Shown piece by piece: positions 36,314-46,053 of a stretch of 64,000 nt of DNA. The stretch is from the IMG/VR virus record IMGVR_UViG_3300042922_000982, positions 1 through 64,000 of that record; one strand, given 5' to 3'. The notes beneath the pieces are model-generated. The model was given only the letters and a program-made list of their open reading frames with translations, had not been told where the DNA came from and ran no database searches. The translations under genes were made by a program, and so were the position numbers. The first letter of the stretch is position 1. Each line of letters opens with the position of its first letter. Origin of the DNA: a virus.

Positions 36314-36687
36314 CGGCGCGCATCCTGCCCCCGCACCCGATCGGCGCGGGCCAGCCGTTCACCTGGGACGACGTGTTCGCGCACGCCAAGGCCGAGGCCG
36401 AGGCCGTGGCGCCCGTGAGCGAGCTGCTCGCCCTGCTTCCCAAGGGCACCGTCCTGCTCGCGCTGGACGGCTCGCGCTGGCTGTTTGTCGACGAGTGGCT
36501 CGCCAAGCACGGCGATCAATGGCTCAAGCCGGACACCTACGGCCTGGCCACCATGAACGCCGTGCACGAGAGGGGCGGCCGGATTCGAATCTTGCGCCGC
36601 GAGCTGCACCAGGCGGCCGAGGCGTACGACCCCACGATGGCCCTTGTCTGGCACGGCCAGGTCATCAAGTTTCATCTGCCCCGCTAA
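36310..36687 (+). CDS. Hypothetical protein
   Basis: GTGA overlap with the upstream stop. Confidence 0.55.
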   Translation: MTARILPPHPIGAGQPFTWDDVFAHAKAEAEAVAPVSELLALLPKGTVLLALDGSRWLFVDEWLAKHGDQWLKPDTYGLATMNAVHERGGRIRILRRELHQAAEAYDPTMALVWHGQVIKFHLPR

Positions 36688-36777
36688 CGCCCTGGCGGTG
36701 CCTGGTTCTTGCCGGGCGCCGCCCTCGACTGCTAACATAACAACCACCGCCACCCCCACCGACAACGGAGAACCGCC

Positions 36778-37578
36778 TTGCTACACCCACACGAAATTCA
36801 CCTGCCCGGCTGCGCGCCACAGGCACCCGCCACCCCCGCCACCAAGACATGCCCCGCCTGCCGCATCGACCTCCCCGCCGTCGCCTTCAACTTGTGCCGC
36901 TCGCGGCGCGACGGCTTGCAAGTGTACTGCCGCCCCTGCCACGACAACAAGAAGCTGCAAGCCCGCATGCGCGCGATCGCCATCGAGGTGGCCCGCAAGA
37001 CGGCCGAGGCCGAGGCGATCGCCCAGGGCGCCTACGCCCGCGAGGAGGCGGCCCTATCCATTCTGGATCGGGCCGCCGCCACCGAGGCCGAAAACGACCG
37101 GCTGCACGACGCGCTCGCCTTCGACCGCGTGCGCATGCTGGAGCTTCACGCCCGGCTATCCGCCCTCGAGTCCCAGTTGTCCGGCCGCGCGGCCCCCGCC
37201 GCCCCCGCCGACTGGAAGGCCGACGCCGTCGCCTCGGTGCACCGGGCCCTGCGCCACGAGATGGGCTTCGCGCTCGACGAGCTGCGCGAGCGCTTCGGCC
37301 GCGCGGACGGCGTCGACCGCGCGCTCGACGCGGCGGCCTTCGCCGAGAGCAACTTCCCCGGTGACTCCCACGCCATGCGGCTCATCTTCAAGAAGGCGGT
37401 CCGCATCCACCTGCGCCCCATGATCGAGGGCGCGCTCATGACGCGCGAGCACGACAACAACCAATGGGGCCGCAGCATCTGGATCGCCCAGATCGGCCGC
37501 GAGTACCGCATCGCCTACGACCTGAAGGGCGATCGCCCGGCGTTCGTCAAGACCTCGACGCGCGCCTGCTTTTTCTAG
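36778..37578 (+). CDS. Zinc-finger plus coiled-coil protein
   Basis: KTCPAC...F...DGLQ.YCRPC; TTG start after GGAGAACCGCC. Confidence 0.7.
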   Translation: MLHPHEIHLPGCAPQAPATPATKTCPACRIDLPAVAFNLCRSRRDGLQVYCRPCHDNKKLQARMRAIAIEVARKTAEAEAIAQGAYAREEAALSILDRAAATEAENDRLHDALAFDRVRMLELHARLSALESQLSGRAAPAAPADWKADAVASVHRALRHEMGFALDELRERFGRADGVDRALDAAAFAESNFPGDSHAMRLIFKKAVRIHLRPMIEGALMTREHDNNQWGRSIWIAQIGREYRIAYDLKGDRPAFVKTSTRACFF

Positions 37579-37671
37579 CCCCGTCCCCTCACCCCCCATC
37601 GCCCGCCCCGGCAGGGAAGCGCAACCGTGCGCGGCCCGCACCGGGGCGGGCTTTTGACAAGGAGAACCGCC

Positions 37672-38262
37672 ATGGATCCCAACGCCAACATCGCCGAGCA
37701 GCGGCGCATCACCGCCCAAATACTCGACGTCAACGACCCCGGTCGGCTCGACGAGCTGGCCGTTCGGCTTGCCGAGCTGAGCCAGGCCCTCGACGAGTGG
37801 CGCCGAAAGGGCGGCTTCGACCCGTACCTGGGGGCCCCCGAGTACGTCGGCAACAACATGGCGGCCCAGCGCGAGCTGGCGTCGAGCATCGTGGGGGCCT
37901 GGCGCGCGCCCGGCGGCGCCTACGAGCCCGCCGACGGCGCCAAGCTCGCCGAGATGGTGCTGGCGCACGCCGCGCCCGCCAAACCCGACGCCATGCGCGC
38001 GCTGGCCCTTGAGATCACGGCCATGTATGAGGGCGACGGCGAGAGCGGCAACATCGCCGCCAAGGCGTACGCGCTCGCCGACATGGTGATCTGCCAGCCG
38101 CCCACGCTGGCGCTCACCAACGATCAGCGCGCCAAGCTGCGCCAGGCGGCCTCCGAGCGCGGCGAGGAGGTGACGCCCGAGTACCTGCACGAGCAGGCCG
38201 AGCGGGCGCTCGCGATCGGCGTGAACACCATTTACGAGCCGGACTACGACGAGCGCGTGTAG
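37672..38262 (+). CDS. Hypothetical phage protein (MDPNA...ALDEW..KGGF N-terminus)
   Basis: Start at the conserved AGGAGAACCGCC-ATG. Confidence 0.7.
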   Translation: MDPNANIAEQRRITAQILDVNDPGRLDELAVRLAELSQALDEWRRKGGFDPYLGAPEYVGNNMAAQRELASSIVGAWRAPGGAYEPADGAKLAEMVLAHAAPAKPDAMRALALEITAMYEGDGESGNIAAKAYALADMVICQPPTLALTNDQRAKLRQAASERGEEVTPEYLHEQAERALAIGVNTIYEPDYDERV

Positions 38263-38275
38263 GCGATCGCGCGGA

Positions 38276-38303
38276 GGCCCGCCCCCACCGGGGCGGGCCT
38301 TTT
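38276..38303 (+). terminator. Rho-independent terminator
   Basis: ggcccgcccc-cacc-ggggcgggcc-tttt. Confidence 0.8.
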
Positions 38304-38504
38304 GTCGTTTGTGGTGTCGGTTTACAAACCTTCTAACAGGCAGGCCCGGCCGCCTGGTATCATGGCCGCGTGCGACCCTGCGCATGCCCCTCCCTAAAGG
38401 GGCCGTCACCCCCGCCTTCCGCCACCCGGTCATAGCGACCACGGTGCGTGGAGGCCCCAGCCACCCGCGCCCGCCGGGCGCCACCGAAAGGATCCACCAC
38501 CCGC

Positions 38505-39632
38505 ATGAAGTTCACCATCGAACAGGCCGCCCTTCGTGAGTTGCTCTCCAAGGTGCGCCCCTTCATCTCGACCCGCGCGCCCCAGCCGGTGCTGAACAAC
38601 TTTTTGATCGGCGTGAAAGACGGCACGCTGTCGGTCTACGGCACCGACATGGAGTGCACCATGATGACCGGCACCACCCTGCTCGCCGCCACCGACGGCC
38701 GCGTGACGGTGCCTGCCAAGCAGCTGACGGACATCGTCGGCAAGCTGCAAGGCGGCCCGATCGACATCACCTGCGAGGACGGCGTCGAGACCGTCGTCAA
38801 GCAGAAGCGGACCACCTTCAAGCTGCGCGGCATGGTCGCAGCCGAGTACCCGGATCCCAAGGTGCCGCAGGGCGAGCCGGTCCTTGAGCTGGAGGCGAGC
38901 CTCCTGCTCGACATGATCACGCGCACGAGCTACGCCATCATGGGCGGCGAGAACGCGGGCGTTTTGGGCGGCATGTGGCTGCGCCTGCAAGGCGGGCGCC
39001 TGGAGGCGTGCGGCACGGACGGCTTCCGCTTGAGCCACTACGTCAGCGAGTTCGACGCCGACGGCGAGTTCACCGTGATCATCCCGCGCCGCGCCGCCTC
39101 CGAGGTCGCCAAGCTGCTCAAGGGCGCGCAGGGCGCCGTCAAGCTCTTCGAGTCGCGCGGGGAGCTGGGCATCGAGGTCAACGGCGGCGAGGCGTTCATG
39201 ACGACCCGGCACCTCGACGGGCTCTACCCGCCCTTCTGGCAGGTGATCCCCAAGGAGTCCATGCAAACGGTCTACCTGGACCGCCAGAGCCTGATCGACG
39301 CGGTCGACCGCGTGTCGATCATGACCAGCGAGCTGGAGGCGGACCTCATCACGCTCAACTTCGCCGGGGGCGAGCTGACGATCAAGGCCACCCGCGACGC
39401 GACGGGCAGCGGCTCGGACGTGGTCAACTGCGCCGAGGTGTCCGAGCCCTTCGAGGTGCTCATGAAGGCGGGCTACCTGCTCGACTCGCTCAAGAGCAAC
39501 GATTCGGCCAACGTCGGCTTCTTCTTCGCGGGCAAGGGCAAGCCCTGCCTGCTGGTTTCCGACCGCGAGGGTGATCCGCTCACCAGCTTGATCATGCCGT
39601 TCCAGCAGCCGAACGCCCCCGCCCAGGCGTAG
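38505..39632 (+). CDS. dnaN: DNA polymerase III beta sliding clamp
   Basis: 375 aa; MKFTI, PVL.N.L, GTD.E, VPAK.L.DIV, EYP, GTDGFRL, IIP..A..E, G.YP, YLLD.L, LIMP. Confidence 0.92.
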   Translation: MKFTIEQAALRELLSKVRPFISTRAPQPVLNNFLIGVKDGTLSVYGTDMECTMMTGTTLLAATDGRVTVPAKQLTDIVGKLQGGPIDITCEDGVETVVKQKRTTFKLRGMVAAEYPDPKVPQGEPVLELEASLLLDMITRTSYAIMGGENAGVLGGMWLRLQGGRLEACGTDGFRLSHYVSEFDADGEFTVIIPRRAASEVAKLLKGAQGAVKLFESRGELGIEVNGGEAFMTTRHLDGLYPPFWQVIPKESMQTVYLDRQSLIDAVDRVSIMTSELEADLITLNFAGGELTIKATRDATGSGSDVVNCAEVSEPFEVLMKAGYLLDSLKSNDSANVGFFFAGKGKPCLLVSDREGDPLTSLIMPFQQPNAPAQA

Positions 39633-39635
39633 GCC

Positions 39636-39914
39636 GTGGCGCGGAATTTCTACCTCGTCCTGCCGGTGCCCGGCACCGCGCCGGACGTGGTCGGGCTGAT
39701 CGTGAGCCGGTTCTACTCGCAAGACGGCGCGCTGCGCCAGCGCAAGATCCTGCGCGGCGCGCTCAGGCGCAAGCACGGCCCCACGGCCGTGCTGGACCTC
39801 AAGATCGAGAAGGGCCGCGTACCCGACGGCGAGCAGTACTTCAGGGAGTGTCACCGTGGCCGCGACGAGCGTGGCCGCGACGAGCGCGCACCCCGGCAGG
39901 GGGGTGGGGCCTAG
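39636..39914 (+). CDS. Hypothetical protein
   Basis: Follows dnaN; contains a 15-bp tandem duplication at 39855-39884. Confidence 0.45.
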   Translation: MARNFYLVLPVPGTAPDVVGLIVSRFYSQDGALRQRKILRGALRRKHGPTAVLDLKIEKGRVPDGEQYFRECHRGRDERGRDERAPRQGGGA

Positions 39915-39943
39915 CCCCGCCCCCCTCTTTGTGGAGGACCCCC

Positions 39944-40183
39944 ATGAAAGATTGGTTATTGGCCCAGGAGCAGGCGCGGCACGCGCGCACAGTGTGGGCG
40001 ATCGAGCACGACGTCTGGCTGTGGGCCATGGTGATCGGGTTCGGGGCCCTGGCCCTGTTCATCGTCTGGAACCTGGTGGCAGACGCCGTCACCCGGCGGC
40101 GGCGCGCGAAGGCCAAGCAGGCCGAGCAGGTGAAGCGGGCCGAGGCGGCCAGGCGCTGGTGGCGGATGCTGGGCAAGCCGTAG
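39944..40183 (+). CDS. Small single-pass membrane protein
   Basis: GGAGG RBS; VWLWAMVIGFGALALFIVWNLV followed by a basic tail. Confidence 0.7.
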   Translation: MKDWLLAQEQARHARTVWAIEHDVWLWAMVIGFGALALFIVWNLVADAVTRRRRAKAKQAEQVKRAEAARRWWRMLGKP

Positions 40184-40195
40184 GAAAATGGGCCA

Positions 40196-40247
40196 GGGCC
40201 CCCAGGAACGGTTTTTTCGGGGTGTGGATAGTAGATAGTAGGGAGGG
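40196..40247 (+). promoter_or_regulatory. Repeated GGAAC-N16-GGATAG element, copy 3
   Basis: GGAAC at 40205, GGATAG at 40226. Confidence 0.8.
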
Positions 40248-40323
40248 CACCGCGCCCGCCCAGCCTTACGCCACCCGTGGCGTGGAGGCCCCCGTTACCC
40301 CCACCGACGAAAGGACAACCCCC

Positions 40324-40653
40324 ATGACCAATGAGAACAACAACGCCTCCACCCCCGTCGATCGCCTGGTGGCGACCGGCATGACCGAGCAAGAAGCCCG
40401 CTTCTTGCTGATGACCGGCTGCACCAAGCACGCGCTCGACTCCTTGATCGCCGACCCCGAGCGGGGCCGGAACAACCCGGCCGACGTGCAGATGATTGCC
40501 ATCAGCATGTTGAGCGACACCCAGGAGGAAATGGGGATGTACGCCGGGCACCCGGACGTCATCGAGAACGCGCGCCAGCGCATCAACCGCGTGAAGTACC
40601 TGCTCGACTGGGTCAAAACCACGCTGCGCGAGCGCGAGCGCCTGACGCCCTAG
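40324..40653 (+). CDS. Hypothetical protein (single-gene block between copies 3 and 4)
   Basis: AAAGGA RBS. Confidence 0.7.
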   Translation: MTNENNNASTPVDRLVATGMTEQEARFLLMTGCTKHALDSLIADPERGRNNPADVQMIAISMLSDTQEEMGMYAGHPDVIENARQRINRVKYLLDWVKTTLRERERLTP

Positions 40654-40666
40654 TCGGCGCCTTCCT

Positions 40667-40716
40667 GGGCCCCCAGGAACGGTTTTTTCACGCCCCGGAT
40701 AACAGACACCAGGGGG
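40667..40716 (+). promoter_or_regulatory. Repeated element, copy 4 (GGAAC-N16-GGATAA)
   Basis: GGAAC at 40676; diverged 3' half. Confidence 0.75.
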
Positions 40717-40783
40717 CGGCGCACCGTAGGCGCTATGCCGTGCCGCCCCCACCGTTACCCCCACCGCCACAAGGAGAACCGCC

Positions 40784-41155
40784 ATGACCACCATCCAGCT
40801 GATCACCCTGCCCCCCGTTGCCATGATCGTCACCACCCGCCCCGACGGCGTGACGATCACGGGGCGCTACCCATGCACCAACACGCTGCGGCTGCCCAAG
40901 GCCCCTCGCTTCACGGCGGGCGCCTGGGAGGCCACGGTGGCCGCCGCCCACGCCGCCGCCAAGCGTGGCCGCAAGGCCGCCAAGGCGCCGCGCGCGATCA
41001 CGACGACCGCGCACCTGCCCTTCTTCGTGGATCCGCGCGTGAACGCCGAGATCGACGCGGAGGCCCGGCGCTCCGAGGCGATCGCCGCGATGGACACCAT
41101 GGCCACCTGGCGCCCCCTCAAGGAGCGCGTCCAGATGTTCCGCATCGCCCGCTAA
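40784..41155 (+). CDS. Hypothetical protein
   Basis: Conserved AGGAGAACCGCC-ATG. Confidence 0.7.
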   Translation: MTTIQLITLPPVAMIVTTRPDGVTITGRYPCTNTLRLPKAPRFTAGAWEATVAAAHAAAKRGRKAAKAPRAITTTAHLPFFVDPRVNAEIDAEARRSEAIAAMDTMATWRPLKERVQMFRIAR

Positions 41156-41228
41156 CCCCCCCCGCCACCCCGGCCGCCTCGCGCGGCCGGGGGTTTTCCC
41201 GTTTCACCCACCGCCAAGGAGAACCGCC

Positions 41229-41711
41229 ATGCCCATCACCCCCGCCCCTTGCCCACACGGGCGCGATCGCTACGGCATCTGCCCGGAGTGCAACGCCCTG
41301 TTCGCCGCCCGCCCGGATGTCCGCACCGAGCTGCTGAACCTGAAAGTCCTCGATGAGGCGTCCGCCCCCAACCTGGTCGCGGAGTACGGCTTCTTCCCTG
41401 TCCCGGTCGCCAACGACCCCGACGAGCCGTTTCCGGTCACGCGCGAGATCTGGGCATCGGAGGAGCCGGACGGCTCGTATGACCTCAATTACCAGGAGAA
41501 CGGCGTGGATGCCTGCCCGGCCGACTGGTCGGCCGAGGCGTACCGCGACGGCGACACCTGGGTGGTGCGTCCGCACAGCGCGGGGGCCTTGCGCAACCGC
41601 GAGGAAATTCTTCACGCCGCCACCTACTTCTTCGCCCACGTCACCCGGCACGAGCGCGGCTTGCCGGTCGTCGTGTCGTACCGCAAGCGTCAGGAGGCCC
41701 CCCGTGGATAG
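41229..41711 (+). CDS. Hypothetical protein with an N-terminal CPH...CxxC
   Basis: Conserved AGGAGAACCGCC-ATG. Confidence 0.7.
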   Translation: MPITPAPCPHGRDRYGICPECNALFAARPDVRTELLNLKVLDEASAPNLVAEYGFFPVPVANDPDEPFPVTREIWASEEPDGSYDLNYQENGVDACPADWSAEAYRDGDTWVVRPHSAGALRNREEILHAATYFFAHVTRHERGLPVVVSYRKRQEAPRG

Positions 41712-42372
41712 CAACTTCTTCTCGCCCGCCCTGGGCGGCACCCCCGATTCCGGCCTGGCGCCTGCTATCGGGGGCGCCAAGGCCGGGGTCACCTGCAAGG
41801 TCTGCCAGCGCCCGCTCACCAGCCCTGAAAGCCGCACGCTCGGCGTGGGGCCCGTGTGCGCGGTGCGCAGCGGCGACACCCGGCTTGAGGTCGGCCCCTA
41901 CAAGGTGCATGGCACGCGCGGCACGACGGCCGACGCGCTCCACGCCTTCACCAGCCGCCTGGACCGCAAGCGCATCCGGCGATTGGTGCTGGTCAGCTTC
42001 AACGAGCCGGACGGCGTGGCGCCGCACGTCTACAGCCACGGCTTCTTGTTCGAGACGGAGGGCGGGCGCTACGAGGTGATCGCCGACGGCTTCGCCTCGG
42101 GCTACGGCGGCACCGGGCCGCACGGGCTGGCCAAGGCGCTTCAGGCGGCCGACACCAGGGGGCTGCCGGACGCGCCGAAGGCCCTGGAGCTTGACGCCGA
42201 GCACGCCAGCGCCCTCTTCAACGGCCACCTCGACCCGCACGAGATCATGCACCTGGCCCGCCCGCTCACCGTGGCGCCGAGCCCGGCGCTCGGCGACTGG
42301 GCCACCTACGTGCCCGGCGCCGCCCCCGCCATCGCCTACCGCCCCGCGCCCGTGCAAGGGCGCCTGCTCTAA
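41704..42372 (+). CDS. Protein with a DUF6011-like zinc finger
   Basis: GTG start after AGGAGG; CKVCQRPLTSPESRTLGVGPVC; C-terminal GFASGYGGTGPHGL. Confidence 0.7.
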   Translation: MDSNFFSPALGGTPDSGLAPAIGGAKAGVTCKVCQRPLTSPESRTLGVGPVCAVRSGDTRLEVGPYKVHGTRGTTADALHAFTSRLDRKRIRRLVLVSFNEPDGVAPHVYSHGFLFETEGGRYEVIADGFASGYGGTGPHGLAKALQAADTRGLPDAPKALELDAEHASALFNGHLDPHEIMHLARPLTVAPSPALGDWATYVPGAAPAIAYRPAPVQGRLL

Positions 42373-42382
42373 GGAGACCGCT

Positions 42383-43033
42383 ATGACCACCCCCGCCAAG
42401 TCCCGGCCCGCCGCCGACACCACGGCGGCCGACGCCGCCGCGAAAGAGCCGCTGACGCTCGCACCCATGCGCGTCTACCCGGCGCGCCGCATCGACCCCG
42501 GCTTCTGGCTGAAGGGCCGCTACACCGACCAGGACCTGATCGACGCGCTCGACGTCCTGGTCCGCGAGAACGCCAAGCGCATGGGCATCGTGCAGCAGGC
42601 GCTCGACCGCGAGCTGCCGATCGAGGACCCCCACGGGCTCGCCGAGGCCATGAACTGGCTCGATGCGCAGCTGGCGTTCGTCGGCACGCTCAAGAGCCAG
42701 GCCGACGCGCTCTTGGACATCGCCTGCCAGCACTTCCTGCCGGTGCCGGGCCGCTCCGAGATGTGCACCGACGACCAGGGGCGCCCGATCGCCGACTCGA
42801 AGAGCCCGACCAAGGACCCGACCGCCGACAACTTCATCCCCAAGTGGCAGGCGCTCACCGACAACGATCGCCGCACCTACTGCAACGCGCGCAGCGCCCC
42901 CTTCCGATTGCTGCGCGATGAGTACGTGGTGCTTCAGGAGTCCTTGACCGGCCGTTTAATTCGGACGTCGAGCATCATGGGCGAGCTGCGAGCGCGCCAC
43001 CGCGCCGCTGGCGCCTCCGAGCGGCACATGTAA
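42383..43033 (+). CDS. Hypothetical helical protein
   Basis: AAGGAG RBS. Confidence 0.7.
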   Translation: MTTPAKSRPAADTTAADAAAKEPLTLAPMRVYPARRIDPGFWLKGRYTDQDLIDALDVLVRENAKRMGIVQQALDRELPIEDPHGLAEAMNWLDAQLAFVGTLKSQADALLDIACQHFLPVPGRSEMCTDDQGRPIADSKSPTKDPTADNFIPKWQALTDNDRRTYCNARSAPFRLLRDEYVVLQESLTGRLIRTSSIMGELRARHRAAGASERHM

Positions 43034-43054
43034 AACACACCCGCCGGGGCGTGC

Positions 43055-43140
43055 CCGGTCAAGAATGGTCAAGGGCAAAACCTGACTTTTCTTGACCGGG
43101 GGCAACTTCGGCTCGCCATGCCTTGACCATTCTTGACCGG
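43055..43140. repeat. Perfect 20-bp inverted repeat built from GGTCAAG boxes
   Basis: ccggtcaagaatggtcaagg (43055-43074) and ccttgaccattcttgaccgg (43121-43140), plus inner ttcttgaccggg (43089-43100). Confidence 0.85.
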
Positions 43141-43147
43141 AGGCCCT

Positions 43148-43726
43148 ATGGATCCCCTCGCTTTGTACCTTGAAGCCGAGCACAACGAACGGGCGCTCGC
43201 CAACCTGCGGGCCCTGTGCGAGCGATTGCGCCTGGAGCGTGACGCGCTCCGGGCCGAGAACGAGGCCCTGCGGAAAGCCTGGGCGGTGCCGGAAGGCGAC
43301 GACAACGCCCCCGCGCTCGGTGGCCACCGGGCCGTGCCTCCCCCGCCCATGCCGGAGGGTATTGCGGGCGTGAGGGGGGCGGGGCCGATCTACACCGCGC
43401 AGGGCGCCTTGCCGAACGGCGGCGGCGGCTCGGGCGGCGTTGTGACCGTGAACGACCTCAACGCCGCCGAGCGCCGGGTGCGCGCGGCCGTCACCTCGGG
43501 CACCATGACGATGGCCGAGGCGCGGCAAGTCTACACGATCGCCGGGCCGCTGGACGAGGAGGACGAGGCGGCGCGCGCGGCCCAGATGGCGATCGCGCAT
43601 GTGGCCCGTCAGCGCAAGGTCGTCGCGGGCATCGTGCGCGGCGTGATCCACGAGTACGCCGCCGCCGTACTCGATCGCCTTGGCTGGGTGCCCGCCGTCT
43701 ACTGGCGGCACATCGCGGACCTGTAG
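43148..43726 (+). CDS. Hypothetical protein with an N-terminal coiled coil
   Basis: GGAGG RBS overlapping the inverted repeat. Confidence 0.65.
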   Translation: MDPLALYLEAEHNERALANLRALCERLRLERDALRAENEALRKAWAVPEGDDNAPALGGHRAVPPPPMPEGIAGVRGAGPIYTAQGALPNGGGGSGGVVTVNDLNAAERRVRAAVTSGTMTMAEARQVYTIAGPLDEEDEAARAAQMAIAHVARQRKVVAGIVRGVIHEYAAAVLDRLGWVPAVYWRHIADL

Positions 43727-43735
43727 GGTGCCGGT

Positions 43736-43789
43736 GGGCCCCCAGGAACGGTTTTTTCAGGCCCTGGATAGTAGAGAGTAGGGGGAGGG
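43736..43789 (+). promoter_or_regulatory. Repeated GGAAC-N16-GGATAG element, copy 5
   Basis: Near-identical to copy 2 over about 90 nt. Confidence 0.8.
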
Positions 43790-43853
43790 CGCGTGCCCGC
43801 CCCCACCGCCAACCACCCCGCAAGGGTGTGTATCGTTGAACAGGAGAACCGCC

Positions 43854-44750
43854 ATGTCCCTCACCGATTTCATCAAGGACGCGCTCACCCAGGACCGCCT
43901 GGAGGACGACGTCGAAACCATCCTCAACGGCATGAACGGCCGCGAGCTGCTCGGCCACAGCGAGAACGTCAAGGAGGTGCTCATCGAGGCGTTCCGCGAC
44001 GACATCGAGGCCGAGTACGTCACGACGACCCTCCAGGTGATCAACCGCGTGGACGATCGGCTCAAGCCCTTCGGCTACCGGCTGATTCAGGAGCACACGG
44101 CCCCTGCGGACGCCAACGACGATCAAGACGCCGAGCTGGCGTACGTGCGCCTGGTCGACCGCACCAACCCGGACGGCCCCTACGAGTTCGTCAAGGCGAT
44201 CGACGCGGACGCGTTCGACAACGACTACGCCGGGCTCTACGGCTTGATCGAGCGCGCCGAGACCTTCTTCAACCAGGCCCAGCGGCTGGAGCGGCTCGAC
44301 ACGCGGCTCGACGCCCTGGGGGTCGAGCTGAAGCGCGACTTCCGCATCGGCGGCGTGACCGTGCCCCTCGCGATCGTCAAGGTGATCACGGCGCTCGATG
44401 CGTACGCCCTGGTCATGGGCTGCGACACCGTCGACTCGCTGGAGAACGGCATCACGCTCCTCGAGGACAGCCGGACCACCCTCACCTACGCCGAGCGGAT
44501 GCGCAAGCTCGACGAGACGGCCGGGGCGCTCGGGGTGGTCGTGCGCACCGACCACACGGCCATCGATCGCGAGTACCCCTTCGCGGTGCTCGCGCGGGTG
44601 TGCGGCACGGAGGCGTTCGTGATCGGATTCGACAACCTGGGCGCCATCGAGGTCTGGCTCGCCGCGCGCCTGCACGAGCGCACTAGCAAGGCGGGCGTCA
44701 CCTTCCCCGGCTCGCCCGGCGAGCCGGTCGCCCAGCGCACCACCCTCTAA
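43854..44750 (+). CDS. Hypothetical acidic protein with internal repeats
   Basis: Conserved AGGAGAACCGCC-ATG; R...LD..L..LG units recur. Confidence 0.7.
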   Translation: MSLTDFIKDALTQDRLEDDVETILNGMNGRELLGHSENVKEVLIEAFRDDIEAEYVTTTLQVINRVDDRLKPFGYRLIQEHTAPADANDDQDAELAYVRLVDRTNPDGPYEFVKAIDADAFDNDYAGLYGLIERAETFFNQAQRLERLDTRLDALGVELKRDFRIGGVTVPLAIVKVITALDAYALVMGCDTVDSLENGITLLEDSRTTLTYAERMRKLDETAGALGVVVRTDHTAIDREYPFAVLARVCGTEAFVIGFDNLGAIEVWLAARLHERTSKAGVTFPGSPGEPVAQRTTL

Positions 44751-44812
44751 CCCCCTACCCCCATCATCCCCGGCCGAGGCGATCGGCCGGGGCATCGCCA
44801 AAGGAGCCACCC

Positions 44813-45289
44813 ATGACCACCAGCAACCTGCCCGAACGCATCGACGCGCTCGCCGCCAAGGTGTCCCGCCTGGGCGCCTACGACTTCACTCCCGACTTCG
44901 CGCACGACGACGGCGTGGCCGCCTTCGCCATCACGCGGACCATCTTCGGGGCCCAGGGCCCGGTCAAGACGCCCGTCTGGATGGGCGACACCATCGAGGC
45001 GGCCGAGTACGCGGCCACCCAATTCCAGGCGGGCCTGGTGCGCGCCTACCACGAGTCGCGGATCACCGACCTGAAGCTCGACCTCGCGCGGCTCGGCATG
45101 GTGCTGATCGAGAAGTACCGCTGCCCGAACACCAAGGTCCTGCACCCCTGGGCGGCGATCGCCCACCTGGGCACGCAAGCCTGGCCGGTGGACTACTTCA
45201 CCGACCTCAATCAGGTGGAGGTCGCCGCGCGCGCCTGGGCCGCCGACGCGCCGGTGCCCTACACGCAGGCCCCCGCCGATGCCGGTTAA
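44813..45289 (+). CDS. Hypothetical protein
   Basis: AAAGGAG RBS. Confidence 0.7.
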   Translation: MTTSNLPERIDALAAKVSRLGAYDFTPDFAHDDGVAAFAITRTIFGAQGPVKTPVWMGDTIEAAEYAATQFQAGLVRAYHESRITDLKLDLARLGMVLIEKYRCPNTKVLHPWAAIAHLGTQAWPVDYFTDLNQVEVAARAWAADAPVPYTQAPADAG

Positions 45290-45899
45290 GCCGATGGCCG
45301 CCAAGAAGGCTGCGCGGGGCAAGCCGCGCCTGGTGGCGCTCACCGGGGCGCCCTACTTCCGCAAGCTCGCGGGCGCCAACCACCGCTGGTTCTGGGTGCC
45401 CATCAAGGGCCGCTGGAGCTACATGGATCGCTCGCACTCGATCGACCCGACGCGCGGCACCTGGGGCGGGATTCCGTTCACGGGGATCACGCCGCTCGCC
45501 GATCGGTTCTTGCCCGCGCGGACCCTGCTCGTGACCGACGTGTCGGGGCCGGGCACCGTCTACAAGACGGTCAAGCGGCGGGGGCTGTTCTACGCGGCCA
45601 AGCCCAACCAGGAGATCGTGAGCGTGAGCTGGGGCCTTGACGGCTACTGGTTCAAGGCGCTCATGACCCGGCGCGGCACCTACTGGCACGGGCACATCAT
45701 CCAATGGTTCCGCGAGCACGGCGTCGAGCCCCAGCGCGGCTTTGACGAGACGCGCCCCAGCCGCAACGCCCAGCTGATCTACTCGACGCGGACGGGCAAG
45801 CTGCTCGCGATAGACAGCCAGCCGCGCGTGTTCCGCATGCGGCTCCACACCCTGCCGGGCGTGGAGCTTCCCGGCGCCCGCCCCGTGATGGACGGCTAG
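45279..45899 (+). CDS. Hypothetical basic protein
   Basis: Overlaps the upstream stop; start uncertain. Confidence 0.6.
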   Translation: MPVKPMAAKKAARGKPRLVALTGAPYFRKLAGANHRWFWVPIKGRWSYMDRSHSIDPTRGTWGGIPFTGITPLADRFLPARTLLVTDVSGPGTVYKTVKRRGLFYAAKPNQEIVSVSWGLDGYWFKALMTRRGTYWHGHIIQWFREHGVEPQRGFDETRPSRNAQLIYSTRTGKLLAIDSQPRVFRMRLHTLPGVELPGARPVMDG

Positions 45900-45908
45900 G
45901 GCCGGTTC

Positions 45909-45941
45909 GGAACGGTTTTTCACCCACCCGGATAGCGGGGG
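45909..45941 (+). promoter_or_regulatory. Repeated element, copy 6 (core only)
   Basis: GGAACggtttttcacccacccGGATAG. Confidence 0.7.
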
Positions 45942-46053
45942 TCAGGCACGCGCCTGGCCCCCGTTGCGCTACCCCCACCGCTAGAAGGAGCCCCCATGAC
46001 GCACCCTTGCATCCCCCGCCCCCACCCCGTCCTCGCCGGAAAGGAGGCCCCCG

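Noticed and set aside
39856-40653. 265-aa ORF reading through repeat copy 3
   Set aside because: Its 5' part overlaps a better-supported membrane-protein gene and the regulatory element; the RBS-supported start is 40324.
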